NCBI GenBank assembly: GCA_963674595.2
Contig: CAXXFV010000027.1
Span: forward strand, 224,001 to 288,000
Length of the DNA: 64,000 bases
Direction: 5' to 3'
From: a bacterium
Lineage (GTDB): Bacteria; Zhuqueibacterota; Zhuqueibacteria; Residuimicrobiales; Krinioviventaceae
The notes below the pieces were generated by a model. It was not told the origin of the DNA. It did not search any database and saw nothing but the letters and a program-made list of their open reading frames with translations. How positions within the stretch are numbered: position 1 is the stretch's first letter; the number at the start of each line of letters is the position of its first letter. The position numbers were made by a program, and so were the translations under genes. Shown here one piece after another: positions 50,344-60,694 of the stretch.

Positions 50344-51503
50344 AATATCTCGGTTATCATCATCATGACATCATCTTTCAGTTCAGCCTGACTGTAAAGT
50401 TGAATGTCTTTAACAACCTGTTCGGCAGCATCCTGAACAGAAAGTTTGAAATGATGTTGTAAAGATTTTTTTAAACCTTTCATTCCAAAAGCCTTTTCTG
50501 AACTATTTTCTGCCTCAACTATGCCGTCCGTATATAATACGATCCTGTCCCCTTTTGACAAAGAATTCGTTGATTGTGTAAATTTTTCCGGTTTGCTTGC
50601 TTCAAAACCAATGATCAGGTTTTCCGAAGTTAATTGGGTTAGTGTTCTATTATGTCTATTAATTAACAGTCCCGGTGGATGAGCACTCCCTGCATAGGTC
50701 AGGGTTTTATTTGGTAAATCAATTTTTAAAGAAAGGATTGTTAAAAATAATCCTGTGGCAGTTAAATTTTGCACAAAAAATTCGTTCAGGTGAAACAAAA
50801 CCTGACGGGGTTCAAGTCCGTCTCTTACAAATTTTTGAATTTCACTGCACACACGGTTAACCAGTAAAGCAGCCGCAATTCCATGTCCTGTTACGTCAAT
50901 AATTGTCAAATAAACACAATCATTTGCATCTTTATAAATATCTGCAAAATCACCTCCAACACCAATCATGGGCTGGTATTTGACGCCTATTTCAATATCC
51001 TGATCTTTATAATATTGGGGAACCAAACTATCCTGAATGCGTTGAGCCAGGCTAAGGTCCCGCTCGATCATTGCATGAAAATTATTTATTTTCTTTTGAT
51101 TTTCTTCCAGCAGCAACCCCATTCGGTGGCGTTCACTGGCTTTTTTTACACGTATTAAAAAGTCGTCAGCCATGATGGGTTTGGATAAATAATCATAAGC
51201 ACCAACTTTGATGGCCCTGACGGCCGTTGGAATGCTGCCAAAACCTGTTAAAATAAGTACCTGTGTATGCGGATTTTTGGTTTTTGCCGCTTTTAATACA
51301 TCCAAACCATCAACATTATACATCTGTAAATCGGTAATAACAATCCCATAATCATTATTTTCAATTAATTCAACCGCTTTTTCACCGCTGTCACATTCAA
51401 CAACATTAAATTCTTCTTTTTTTAAAAATTCATAAAAAAATTTGCGATTATTAAAGTCATCATCGACAACTAAAATTGTTATATCAGAATTATTGTTTAA
51501 CAT
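50340..51503 (-). CDS. Response regulator receiver + PP2C/SpoIIE phosphatase
   Basis: REC VVDDD, ITDLQM, LTG, YLSKP; PP2C GGDFAD, DVTGHG, YTDG, DD. Confidence 0.9.
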   Translation of the reverse strand: MLNNNSDITILVVDDDFNNRKFFYEFLKKEEFNVVECDSGEKAVELIENNDYGIVITDLQMYNVDGLDVLKAAKTKNPHTQVLILTGFGSIPTAVRAIKVGAYDYLSKPIMADDFLIRVKKASERHRMGLLLEENQKKINNFHAMIERDLSLAQRIQDSLVPQYYKDQDIEIGVKYQPMIGVGGDFADIYKDANDCVYLTIIDVTGHGIAAALLVNRVCSEIQKFVRDGLEPRQVLFHLNEFFVQNLTATGLFLTILSLKIDLPNKTLTYAGSAHPPGLLINRHNRTLTQLTSENLIIGFEASKPEKFTQSTNSLSKGDRIVLYTDGIVEAENSSEKAFGMKGLKKSLQHHFKLSVQDAAEQVVKDIQLYSQAELKDDVMMMITEIL

Positions 51504-51507
51504 TATA

Positions 51508-53283
51508 TCACTTCCAGACGTCTCGAACTTTAAAACCCAGCATCGTTATATCATCCATTTGCGGAACGCCTTTTGTAAACTCTTTAAGCTCTTCAAGTAT
51601 ATTATTTAAAATTTGTTGAATATCCCAATTATATTTTTGTGCTTTTTCTAAAAGATTGACAAGGCGCCATTCTTCAAACTCTTTTTCTTCATGATTCATG
51701 GCTTCAGTGACACCGTCTGTAAAAGACAGAAATACGTCTCCTTTTTGAATATCAATATACCCGGTATCATACCTGACATTCGGCATCATCCCTAAAATCA
51801 GGCCGCCTTTGTCCAAGGCTATGTATTTGCCGTCCTTATGAACCAAATAAGGCGGATTGTGTCCTGCATTCACATAGGACATTTTGTTTTCTTTAAGATC
51901 AACCTGTGCACAAAAAAATGTGATAAATTTATCCATTCCGGTATTTTTATAAATCAAATCATTGATTTTACCTACAACAGCAGAAAGATCAGCGTGCTGA
52001 TATAATAAACTGTTTAAACTTGCCTGTAAATTCGACATGAGTATAGAGGCAGGCACACCTTTTCCTGAAACATCAGCAATTGCAAAAATTATGTGCTCAT
52101 TATCCAAATTAATAATATCAAAATAATCACCACCAACCTGTCTTGACGGCAGATTCATTCCGAAAACAGAAAAATTATCAAGCTTTGGAAATGTTGAAGG
52201 TACTAATTTTTGTTGAATTTCACGAGCAATATTTAATTCTTCTTCAATTCGCTGTTTTTCTATAGTTTCTTCAAATAATCTGGCATTTTCAATGGAAATC
52301 ATAGCCTGATTACACATTGTCAATAAAAATTCCAAATCTTCTTCTTTAAAATGTTGTTTGGTCAGTTTTCCTCCCAAAACAACTATACCACGGGGTTCTT
52401 TATTTAACAACATGGGAACAACTGTTTCGAGGCCAAACGATTTGAATTTATTAACAACATCGGTTGGATATACGGATTCAATTAAAACAGGTTCACTTAT
52501 TTGATACAACCATTTCTGAACATCTGGTTGCCCAAACATTTGATTTAACTCCGAGTTTTCCGCACTGCCTTTAAAACCGGAAAGTTCGTAACCGTTTTCA
52601 GTTTTTAAAAGGACAAAACATTTTGTAACAGTCATCTCCCCCATAATGGAATAAAGCAGCAGATTTGAAATTTCCGATAAATTTAAGGTTGAATTGAGTT
52701 CTTTGCTGATTGCAAATAAGGTACTGAGTTCCTGGACTTTTTTATCCAACTGTTTGTTAATGTGATCAATTTTCTGATAATTTAAAGCATTTTCTATTGA
52801 GGAAGCAGCGATATTTGCCAGAGAATTTAAAAACTCTATTTCAGATTCAGAAAATGAAATTTTTGTCAGCTTGCTTCCAAGAGCCAAAATTCCAACCAGG
52901 CGTTCCGTACTATGGATCGGCAGCAATAATTCAATCTTGTTTTCGATGAAAAAATTTTTCCATCGACATTCTTTTTCATCAAGCTCTTTAACCAGTATCG
53001 GATTTTGAAATGAATATTCCACATAAAATTGCTTGCCGATTAAATCACGTGACAATCCTTTAACGGCAAAAATTGAATATTCATCATTCTCATCAGTAAC
53101 AAGAACAAATCCACGTTGAATCATCATCCGCCCCATGGGCGTCCATAATAGTGTATTTAAAATGGATGTTAAATTTAATGATGCATTCAACAATTGACTC
53201 ATCTCAAAAAGAGATTGCAGCTCAAAAAAACGCTGGTCAATACTTAAAGATTGCTCTTGTTCCGCAGAACTATTGTTTTCCAT
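51508..53283 (-). CDS. Tandem GAF + PP2C/SpoIIE phosphatase
   Basis: Two GAF-like units (LG.K....F...E.EFL), GGDYFD, ADVSGKG, NAGHNPP, FTDG, DDIT. Confidence 0.92.
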   Translation of the reverse strand: MENNSSAEQEQSLSIDQRFFELQSLFEMSQLLNASLNLTSILNTLLWTPMGRMMIQRGFVLVTDENDEYSIFAVKGLSRDLIGKQFYVEYSFQNPILVKELDEKECRWKNFFIENKIELLLPIHSTERLVGILALGSKLTKISFSESEIEFLNSLANIAASSIENALNYQKIDHINKQLDKKVQELSTLFAISKELNSTLNLSEISNLLLYSIMGEMTVTKCFVLLKTENGYELSGFKGSAENSELNQMFGQPDVQKWLYQISEPVLIESVYPTDVVNKFKSFGLETVVPMLLNKEPRGIVVLGGKLTKQHFKEEDLEFLLTMCNQAMISIENARLFEETIEKQRIEEELNIAREIQQKLVPSTFPKLDNFSVFGMNLPSRQVGGDYFDIINLDNEHIIFAIADVSGKGVPASILMSNLQASLNSLLYQHADLSAVVGKINDLIYKNTGMDKFITFFCAQVDLKENKMSYVNAGHNPPYLVHKDGKYIALDKGGLILGMMPNVRYDTGYIDIQKGDVFLSFTDGVTEAMNHEEKEFEEWRLVNLLEKAQKYNWDIQQILNNILEELKEFTKGVPQMDDITMLGFKVRDVWK

Positions 53284-53774
53284 CAGGCTCCTTTTGTTTT
53301 GACAACTTTTGAGTCTTTTGGATTTATAAAATATTTTACCATTCTTACCTGGTTTTTAACACCAGGATCAATATCATATTCAACTTCATCCATCAATGTT
53401 CGCATAAGATATATACCCAAACCACCAACTTTTAACTCAGCCAGGTATTCTTTTAAATCCGGCATTTTAATGCTGGCCGGATTAAATCCTTTACCATGAT
53501 CTGTAACAATTAAAGTGAATTTTTGAAAATCGACTTTTAATATGATATCCAAGGCTTTACTTTGATTTTGTTTTTTATTTTTTTCAGAATAAGCATGTTT
53601 AATAACATTTGTACAAGCTTCATCACATGCTAATTCTATTTTGCCAACATCATCTTCATTAAAACCGACTTTTTGTGCAATTTTACTAACAAAATTTCGT
53701 ATCACTTCTAAATTGTCAGTTTGGCTTGGGATGCGTAATTTGTATTCACTTTTTGTTAAAGCTTTCACCTGCAT
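53283..53774 (-). CDS. RsbW-like anti-sigma factor / serine kinase
   Basis: LACDEACTNVIKHAY, DHGKGF, GGLGIYLMRTLMDEV. Confidence 0.92.
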   Translation of the reverse strand: MQVKALTKSEYKLRIPSQTDNLEVIRNFVSKIAQKVGFNEDDVGKIELACDEACTNVIKHAYSEKNKKQNQSKALDIILKVDFQKFTLIVTDHGKGFNPASIKMPDLKEYLAELKVGGLGIYLMRTLMDEVEYDIDPGVKNQVRMVKYFINPKDSKVVKTKGA

Positions 53775-53814
53775 AACCCTTTTTCTATTTAACCATCATA
53801 CTTTTCATTCATTA

Positions 53815-54183
53815 TTAATTATTTTGTTCATTTATAGTTTTTACAAACAATTCAGCAGCCTGCTGTTCATGTTCAACAATATCATATAAAGTTGGAAAAC
53901 CTAACAGGTCAAATACACGAAATATTTTGGAAGTCATGGCGCACATTTTAATATCGCCGCTGTTGTTGCGGATTAATTCAATAAAACCCATAAAAACACC
54001 AAGACCGGCGCTGCTTATATAATTCAACTTTTGAAAGCTGACTATAATTTTGTAGCGTTCTTCATCGATGAGTTTTTGGATTTCATCTTCAAGAAGAGGT
54101 GCCGTGTGAGCATCTAAAAACCCTTCCACGTGTAACGTGGAGAGATTATCATTATCCACTCGGCTAACGTTAAAATTCTCCAT
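53815..54183 (-). CDS. STAS anti-sigma factor antagonist (RsbV-like)
   Basis: GFLDAHTAP, YISSAGLG, VFDLLGF; start at ATG 54183. Confidence 0.92.
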   Translation of the reverse strand: MENFNVSRVDNDNLSTLHVEGFLDAHTAPLLEDEIQKLIDEERYKIIVSFQKLNYISSAGLGVFMGFIELIRNNSGDIKMCAMTSKIFRVFDLLGFPTLYDIVEHEQQAAELFVKTINEQNN

Positions 54184-54237
54184 TTTTTTCTCCCATAACA
54201 ATTGGATGTATATTATCGAATTTCGTTTACTTACCTG

Positions 54238-56328
54238 TTAGTTAACTTTAATAACAATAAATGTCAAATCATCTGTTGCATTGGCGCCGTTAAAAAAAGA
54301 ATATATTTGATGAATAATTCCCTTTTTAACTTCATTTGATGGTAAATTACTGACCTTTTCAAAAACAGACAATAATCTTTCCTCACCAAATTCTTCATTA
54401 TCATCATTGCGGGCATCAATTGTACCATCTGTATATAATAACAACGTGTCACCCGCTGTCAATTCAATTTTTATTTGTTCAAGCGTTTTTTCAAATATTT
54501 TTCCCACAACCAGTCCTACGCCCATCCCGGCGGGTTCCAATATACGGCTCTTTTCTTCACCGATTCGAGACATTAAAATTGGGCAATGACCAGCCCTGCA
54601 AAATGTGAAACTTTTTGTTTCCGTATCCAAAATACCATAAATCATGCTGATAAACGTATTTTGATCAAAATTTCTGTATAAAATTTTATTGGCCGTAACC
54701 AGCAAAGTCTTGGGCGAGGTTTCTTCGTGCGCAAGGGCTTCCATTACGCCCTTAACTTCAGCCATATAAAAAGCCGCAGAAGGACCTTTGCCGGAGACAT
54801 CCCCGATAATAATACCCAACTTGTGTTGTCCAAGATTAAAAAAGTCATAATAATCACCACCGACCTCATTAGCCGTTATACACACGGCATCAAGCTCAAA
54901 ACCTTTTAGCCTGGGCATATCCTTTGGAAGCAATTTCATTTGCGCATCGTGGGCAATTTTTAGTTCCTGTACCAGTCTTTCTTTTACAATTGATTCTTCA
55001 ACCAGACGGGCATTTTCAACCGCAATAACAGCCTGCTCGCCAAAAGCCCTGAGCATATCTTTATCATCTATTTCAAAACCAAAATCGACACGTTTGCCGG
55101 CATACAAAAATCCCACAACTTTATCCGCCGTGACCAAAGGGACGGCCAACAGTGAGTGCAAGTCTCTTTTCCAGTTTAAAAAAGGTTTTGTCAACTGATC
55201 TTTGGTAGCCTGGTTGCTAAGGAAAGGCTCTTTGTTTTTTACCAGCCACTCTTGCAGGGCGGTTTCATGTTCAGATTTTCGCCTTCTCTTTTCACTTTCA
55301 AACAGATTATTAGAGGAGACTAGATTGATTTTTTGGGTGCCGGGTTCATAAAGTTCAAGCCAGCTAAAATCAGCTTCCGTAACATCTGCCGCAAGATTAA
55401 CGATAGATATGACCAAATTTTCCAGTTCAAATTCAGAGCTTACAGCACGGCTTAGATTATGCAAAGAAGAAATTTGCCGCATCTTTCGGTCATAAAGCTG
55501 TGCGGTTGGTAAATGGGCCAGCAAGGCAAGAAAGGCAATAACCAAATACACAGATAAAAAGAGGTTACCGGCATCAATAAAATTACTCAGGATAGGGCTG
55601 AATGATTCCAGCGGATTAATATTATGAAACTTGTAATGAAAATTTAACTGCATGGGCAATAAAATCAAGCCACCCCAAAAACAGGCTATTTTTTGTTTTT
55701 TATTTAAATAGTTTATCCAGGATACCCGAAACGAGTTAATTACAATAAAAATTATTAAAATAAAGAAAACCAAATTTTCCAAAACATCTGTTACATCCCA
55801 GGGAATATTTAGTTTATCTACTAGAATACTTGTTTTTAATATTGGGTATAGTACAATAAAGATCATAAGTGTACTAAAATTGGCGGCAGTCGGCCTCTTG
55901 CGTTTGATATAAATCAGATTTCTAAGAGTACCTAACACTATTAAAATAAAGACGGTTGCGAAAAAACTCCACGACAGAAGAAAAATATAATCGGGAAAAC
56001 TCTGATAAATACTAAAATCCACCGATGGCCGGGAGGCTAATGCTTCCAAACGTTCCTGAGAATAGATCAATAATCCACAGGTAAACAGAATAAGAATAAA
56101 CAAAGATTGTACGCCGCGCAGAACATTTCTGTCAGATGCCCATTTTTGTTTATAAACCAAGGGTAAGGAAAGTACCAGTGCAGCTAAAATAAACGGTTCT
56201 CTCCATACCAGGGCACTATGTGCCGCCATGGCACCTGTTAAAATATTAAAATCAATAACAACTGCGCCTGTAAAAATAGCAAAAGGCAGCATTAAAGATA
56301 TGGTTGATATTTTTTTCACATAGCTCAA
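54238..56328 (-). CDS. Multi-TM + GAF + PP2C/SpoIIE phosphatase
   Basis: About 8 TM N-terminus, GAF (SLLAVPL), GGDYYD, GDVSGKG, RAGH, YTDG, DDLT; TTG start. Confidence 0.9.
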   Translation of the reverse strand: MSYVKKISTISLMLPFAIFTGAVVIDFNILTGAMAAHSALVWREPFILAALVLSLPLVYKQKWASDRNVLRGVQSLFILILFTCGLLIYSQERLEALASRPSVDFSIYQSFPDYIFLLSWSFFATVFILIVLGTLRNLIYIKRKRPTAANFSTLMIFIVLYPILKTSILVDKLNIPWDVTDVLENLVFFILIIFIVINSFRVSWINYLNKKQKIACFWGGLILLPMQLNFHYKFHNINPLESFSPILSNFIDAGNLFLSVYLVIAFLALLAHLPTAQLYDRKMRQISSLHNLSRAVSSEFELENLVISIVNLAADVTEADFSWLELYEPGTQKINLVSSNNLFESEKRRRKSEHETALQEWLVKNKEPFLSNQATKDQLTKPFLNWKRDLHSLLAVPLVTADKVVGFLYAGKRVDFGFEIDDKDMLRAFGEQAVIAVENARLVEESIVKERLVQELKIAHDAQMKLLPKDMPRLKGFELDAVCITANEVGGDYYDFFNLGQHKLGIIIGDVSGKGPSAAFYMAEVKGVMEALAHEETSPKTLLVTANKILYRNFDQNTFISMIYGILDTETKSFTFCRAGHCPILMSRIGEEKSRILEPAGMGVGLVVGKIFEKTLEQIKIELTAGDTLLLYTDGTIDARNDDNEEFGEERLLSVFEKVSNLPSNEVKKGIIHQIYSFFNGANATDDLTFIVIKVN

Positions 56329-56331
56329 GTA

Positions 56332-58716
56332 TTATATGCCTTTATTAATTTTAACAATAATCATTGTCATGTCGTCGTGTTGCTCTTTTTTATTCATAAA
56401 TGTGAAAACCTGCTGTGTAACATTTTTTAAAATATCGCTGGAATTCAAATTTGAATATTTATTTAACAATTCACAAATTTTTTCTTCTCCAAACACCTCG
56501 GATGATGAATTCATTGCTTCTGAAAAACCGTCCGTATAAAAAACGAAAATATCCTGACTTTTCAAAGCAATACTCTTTTCCTGGATAATATTATCGAAAA
56601 TTTCTCCCTTGTCCAATCCCATTGCCAAACCTTTGGGACAAATGATATTACATTTACCATTAAGATTATTTAATGTAATAACAGGATTATGTCCTGCACG
56701 GGAAAAGCAAAAAGTCATTTTTTCAAAATCAAAAACACCATAAACCATACTGATAAAATGCCCGCGTTTTACATTTTCATAAAACAACGAGTTTATTTGC
56801 ATTAACACCTGTTTTGGTGATAACATAAATTTTGTCAGGGAGCGCAAAAATCCTTTTGTCAGAGTCATATAAAAAGCTGCGGAAATACCTTTACCAGATA
56901 CATCGCCAATGGCGAGTCCTAATTTATTTTCCTCGAAAACTACAAAATCATAATAATCACCGCCCACGTCCAAAGCAGGAATACATGTAGCGGCTATATC
57001 AACTCCATTCACTTTAGGATTAGATTCCGGTAACAGGCCCAACTGCACACGTTTGGCAATTTCAAGCTCTCTCTCCAACCTTTCTCTTTCAAGCATGTGT
57101 TTTACATGGCTCGGGGTGTATTTGTTGAGAACATCGGGCTGTAAATCAAAACGAAGAGCATAAAGCGAAATGCCCGCCACAATTAAAAGTAATCCCAAAA
57201 TACTGAATCCATAAAATACAAGATGGATATTTCCTGAAAAGAGATATTTTCCGGAATCCAACAGTAAAAGGAAAACAAAATGTGCTGTAATAGATGATAA
57301 TAAATCAATACGTATAAAGAGCAGCGTAAAGGTTAATCCCAGAATTGCTGTAATTAACATGGAAACCGGTAAAGGAAAAGATACAAAACTAACAAATACA
57401 CTGGCAAAAACACCCCAAAAAAGGAACATAGTAAGGACCAGCCATCTTTTGCGCCCTATATATCTTGCCAAAATTGAAATTGGAAAAAGTATAAACAAAA
57501 ACTGTTCCCAACAAACGGATTGTATAGCAGAGGCTATATTGTAAAACACGGGCACGTCACGGTAATAAATATTAACCTTGCCAGTCCACTCTGACAAATC
57601 GATACTTGAAATATTACGCAAAAGGAATAAAACACCGGTTATAATAAAAACCAACAGAGTGCCAAAGGTAATTCCGGAGAACAATGAATCGCCAAACCGA
57701 CGATAGAAAATTTTTCCACCGGATAATGTATCAAAAGTAACGAGTTTTCCTCTCCAAATTTCTCTAGAAAGGGAGTCTGTTGTTGAAACACTGACTAGAA
57801 AAATTATTCCCAAAACAAGCGGTAAAAATGTCAGGGAAATAACATAATTAATAATATCTAATGATTCCGGATTGATGTACAAGGCACTGGTAAGAGTAGC
57901 TATAATTACAATAATTGTAACAGGAAAAGCGTTTTTAAAACTAAGCTCATCCTTGCGCAGTTTTTTTATAAATATGGTAACAATAAATACTATAAACAGT
58001 ACCAGCACACTGATTAAACCGGTAACCTGATAAATTTTTTCGTAATGATTATCTTCAAATTCAGGAATATCATAAACAACTTTATATCCTGCAAGATTAG
58101 TCCCTGATGTATAAACTTTGACATAACTTTTAATCTTTTCAAACTGTTTGAATTTATATTTTAAATCATAATCAACATATTGCTCTTTAACAAACCGTTC
58201 AAAAGATTCAAATTGACAGTCCTTATTAAGAGACAAATAGGCAATTAACGAATCAGCCACATTCATCGCCAGTGTTTCTGAATAGTTTTTTATATTTAAA
58301 CTGTCTTTATAAAAATCAACATGAAATCCCAACATACCATAATCATTCAGATCAATGGTTATTTTTTCAATTCCTTCAAGTTTTTTATTTTTTTGATGTT
58401 TATGTTTCTTGTGGTCCCAGGTAAAGTGCCAGTAAAAAGTTGGAAATTGATTATATCTCAAGTCCCTTGCAATATCGCCGGTGTAATTTCTTTCAATAAA
58501 CTGGTCCAAATTTTTATGGTATTTAAGCAGTATATCAAGCTCTTTTTCATGTACCGGAAAGCCAAGCAGATTTAACTCTTTCGCAGCCGTTGAAATGTAC
58601 TCATTTTTAGAATATTTGAAATTCGGGGTAAAATAAACGTGTTTATAAAGTTTGAAAAAACAACAAACACTTGCTATTATAATTGATAAAAATATTATTA
58701 ATTTAAATTTATTCAA
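56332..58716 (-). CDS. Periplasmic domain + multi-TM + PP2C/SpoIIE phosphatase
   Basis: N-terminal TM/signal, about 200 aa extracytoplasmic region, about 9 TM, GGDYYD, GDVSGKG, RAGHNP, YTDG, HDDMT. Confidence 0.9.
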   Translation of the reverse strand: MNKFKLIIFLSIIIASVCCFFKLYKHVYFTPNFKYSKNEYISTAAKELNLLGFPVHEKELDILLKYHKNLDQFIERNYTGDIARDLRYNQFPTFYWHFTWDHKKHKHQKNKKLEGIEKITIDLNDYGMLGFHVDFYKDSLNIKNYSETLAMNVADSLIAYLSLNKDCQFESFERFVKEQYVDYDLKYKFKQFEKIKSYVKVYTSGTNLAGYKVVYDIPEFEDNHYEKIYQVTGLISVLVLFIVFIVTIFIKKLRKDELSFKNAFPVTIIVIIATLTSALYINPESLDIINYVISLTFLPLVLGIIFLVSVSTTDSLSREIWRGKLVTFDTLSGGKIFYRRFGDSLFSGITFGTLLVFIITGVLFLLRNISSIDLSEWTGKVNIYYRDVPVFYNIASAIQSVCWEQFLFILFPISILARYIGRKRWLVLTMFLFWGVFASVFVSFVSFPLPVSMLITAILGLTFTLLFIRIDLLSSITAHFVFLLLLDSGKYLFSGNIHLVFYGFSILGLLLIVAGISLYALRFDLQPDVLNKYTPSHVKHMLERERLERELEIAKRVQLGLLPESNPKVNGVDIAATCIPALDVGGDYYDFVVFEENKLGLAIGDVSGKGISAAFYMTLTKGFLRSLTKFMLSPKQVLMQINSLFYENVKRGHFISMVYGVFDFEKMTFCFSRAGHNPVITLNNLNGKCNIICPKGLAMGLDKGEIFDNIIQEKSIALKSQDIFVFYTDGFSEAMNSSSEVFGEEKICELLNKYSNLNSSDILKNVTQQVFTFMNKKEQHDDMTMIIVKINKGI

Positions 58717-58728
58717 CAGATATAAATC

Positions 58729-59988
58729 CTATTCCAAATGATGTTCAACTTCAATTTGATATGGAGATGCGATATTGTCAAAAGATTTTTCAATATGGCC
58801 GAATTCGGAAATTTTAAAAACTTTACCCTGTACGTCATCACAAACAAGACAAGAATTATCAAACTCATTTACCACAATGGATACCGGATGTGAAAATTCG
58901 TTTTTAGACAACAGAAAACCATTTTCACTATATCTTGTTACATTATATTTTTCATTTGAAGAATTGTATTCAATTGCCCAAACTGATCCGGTTTTTTGAT
59001 CACAGGCTAATTTTCTAATCCAGGTAAAATCTCCTGAAATCGTATTAATATGGTTGGCGTATAAATCAAATACTAGAATTCGATTTGCATCAGCCGCCCA
59101 AATTACCTGATTCTCTTCACAATAGACAATATCAGACGGATCTGTAAATAACGGTTCACTTTGACGTCTGATTTGACCAACAGAAGAAATTCTAAATAAT
59201 GATAAACTCTGTTCATCAACTACCCATAAATCCTGCCGCCTTTGGTCCATATCAATAAAACATGGTTTGGGTATAAAATTAAATTCCATGAGTTGTGTAC
59301 CAGATGCATCAAACTTTTTAATCAGTCCCTGACTTTTTTGAATGGTAAAAAAATTTCCATTCCTTTGATCAATTACAAAATCATTTACCTGGTCCAGATT
59401 ATAAACGACATGTGTATAAATACCATTTTCAGATATTTTATAAAGCGAGTTTGAAATATCACTATAAACCCAGGCAGCTCTTTCCTGCACACTTGAATGC
59501 ATCAAAATCGGGTAACTAAAACTACCGAATGAGAAAATCGGATATTGAAGATCATGTGTCATCCTGTGTAAAGTACCAGATTGATAATCCAAAATCCATG
59601 AATAGGTCGGACCCGGTTCAATATCCAATGTATCAGTAGGCGGTGTTTCATAATCCTTAATATGGGCTGTAATATAATAATCATAGGATGTACCATACTC
59701 GACATTGTAATCCGTAAAACTATTTTGGCCTGGTTGAACCGTAGAAATTTGTGTAAATATAGTACCCGGAGCAATCAAACGGTAAACAGAAATAGAATCA
59801 ATTCCTCTAAAATCCAGGTAACTCCAACCCAACTTTACTGATTTTCCAAAAGACAACACAGAAAAATTTTCTATACGTCCGCTTGTTTCCGGATTTTTTG
59901 GATCAAGAGGATTGTTTCGTTCTCTATCGGAACAACTCAGTATAACCAAAATAGATGATAAAACGATTATTTTCAAAAAACTTTTCAT
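58729..59988 (-). CDS. Lipoprotein with FN3-like domain and beta-propeller (NHL-like)
   Basis: Lipobox ILSC, RERNNPLDP, V.L.W...VYR...FTD.NV.YG..Y.YY, then repeated P..I......W..D blades. Confidence 0.75.
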   Translation of the reverse strand: MKSFLKIIVLSSILVILSCSDRERNNPLDPKNPETSGRIENFSVLSFGKSVKLGWSYLDFRGIDSISVYRLIAPGTIFTQISTVQPGQNSFTDYNVEYGTSYDYYITAHIKDYETPPTDTLDIEPGPTYSWILDYQSGTLHRMTHDLQYPIFSFGSFSYPILMHSSVQERAAWVYSDISNSLYKISENGIYTHVVYNLDQVNDFVIDQRNGNFFTIQKSQGLIKKFDASGTQLMEFNFIPKPCFIDMDQRRQDLWVVDEQSLSLFRISSVGQIRRQSEPLFTDPSDIVYCEENQVIWAADANRILVFDLYANHINTISGDFTWIRKLACDQKTGSVWAIEYNSSNEKYNVTRYSENGFLLSKNEFSHPVSIVVNEFDNSCLVCDDVQGKVFKISEFGHIEKSFDNIASPYQIEVEHHLE

Positions 59989-60127
59989 AACTTTACCTGA
60001 TAATAACGTGGCAGAAAATAATACGAAAAGAAAACAATTTGGTTTCTTTGATTTTTAAATAAATAACGAGAGAAATTTATCATATAGAAAAATTTCGAAT
60101 AGAAAGGAAATGTCACTTGAATAAAAT

Positions 60128-60679
60128 TTAAATATCTTGTTCACTAAATACAATAGCTGAAAATTTATATATAGTTGTATCCGGATTTTTCCATTCATCT
60201 AAATTAAGACCGGCTTTTCGGCATGTTTGCTGTAAAAACATGTCACGGTCCCAATTGTATTCAACAGGTACTTGTGGCAACAAAACACCGGAATTTGGAA
60301 ATTTCTCAATCAAAAGACCGTGCCGGCCAATTTCAATTTCTTCAACATCACTTACCTTTTCCAGAGGAGTCAGCACAGAAATTTCAATTGTTAAATCATC
60401 AACTTCATTAAAAGAAACAGGTGTAAAACGGGGATCACGTAAGGCTGCGGCTTGAGCCATATCAGTTATTGTCTCCAGCAGGGGTTTAAAAGCCTGTATA
60501 TAACCGATGCAACCACGTAATTCTTTGTTTTTGCGAAGAGTAACAAATGCTCCGCACTCTTTATTTAAAACAGGGTCATCCGACGAAAACTCTGGTAAAG
60601 GTTTTTTACTGGTCACACTTTTTATCGTTTCACGCGCAATATGTAAAAGCTCTTTTTTTAAGGAATCATCAATAATCAT
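60128..60679 (-). CDS. amrA: AmmeMemoRadiSam system protein A (AMMECR1 family)
   Basis: GAFVTL, LRGCIG, DPRF, EISVLTP, GRHGL, LLPQV, CRKAG. Confidence 0.93.
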   Translation of the reverse strand: MIIDDSLKKELLHIARETIKSVTSKKPLPEFSSDDPVLNKECGAFVTLRKNKELRGCIGYIQAFKPLLETITDMAQAAALRDPRFTPVSFNEVDDLTIEISVLTPLEKVSDVEEIEIGRHGLLIEKFPNSGVLLPQVPVEYNWDRDMFLQQTCRKAGLNLDEWKNPDTTIYKFSAIVFSEQDI

Positions 60680-60694
60680 ATTTCTGCTCCTGTT

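Noticed and set aside
38111-53285. Selenoprotein by UGA read-through in TGA-ending ORFs
   Set aside because: The TGA stops examined (38139, 50340, 51508, 53283) fall at natural domain ends or overlap/abut the next start, and none sits at a conserved Cys position.
60072-60096. Inverted repeat GAAATTT-N11-AAATTTC
   Set aside because: Short and almost all A/T, so expected by chance at this base composition.
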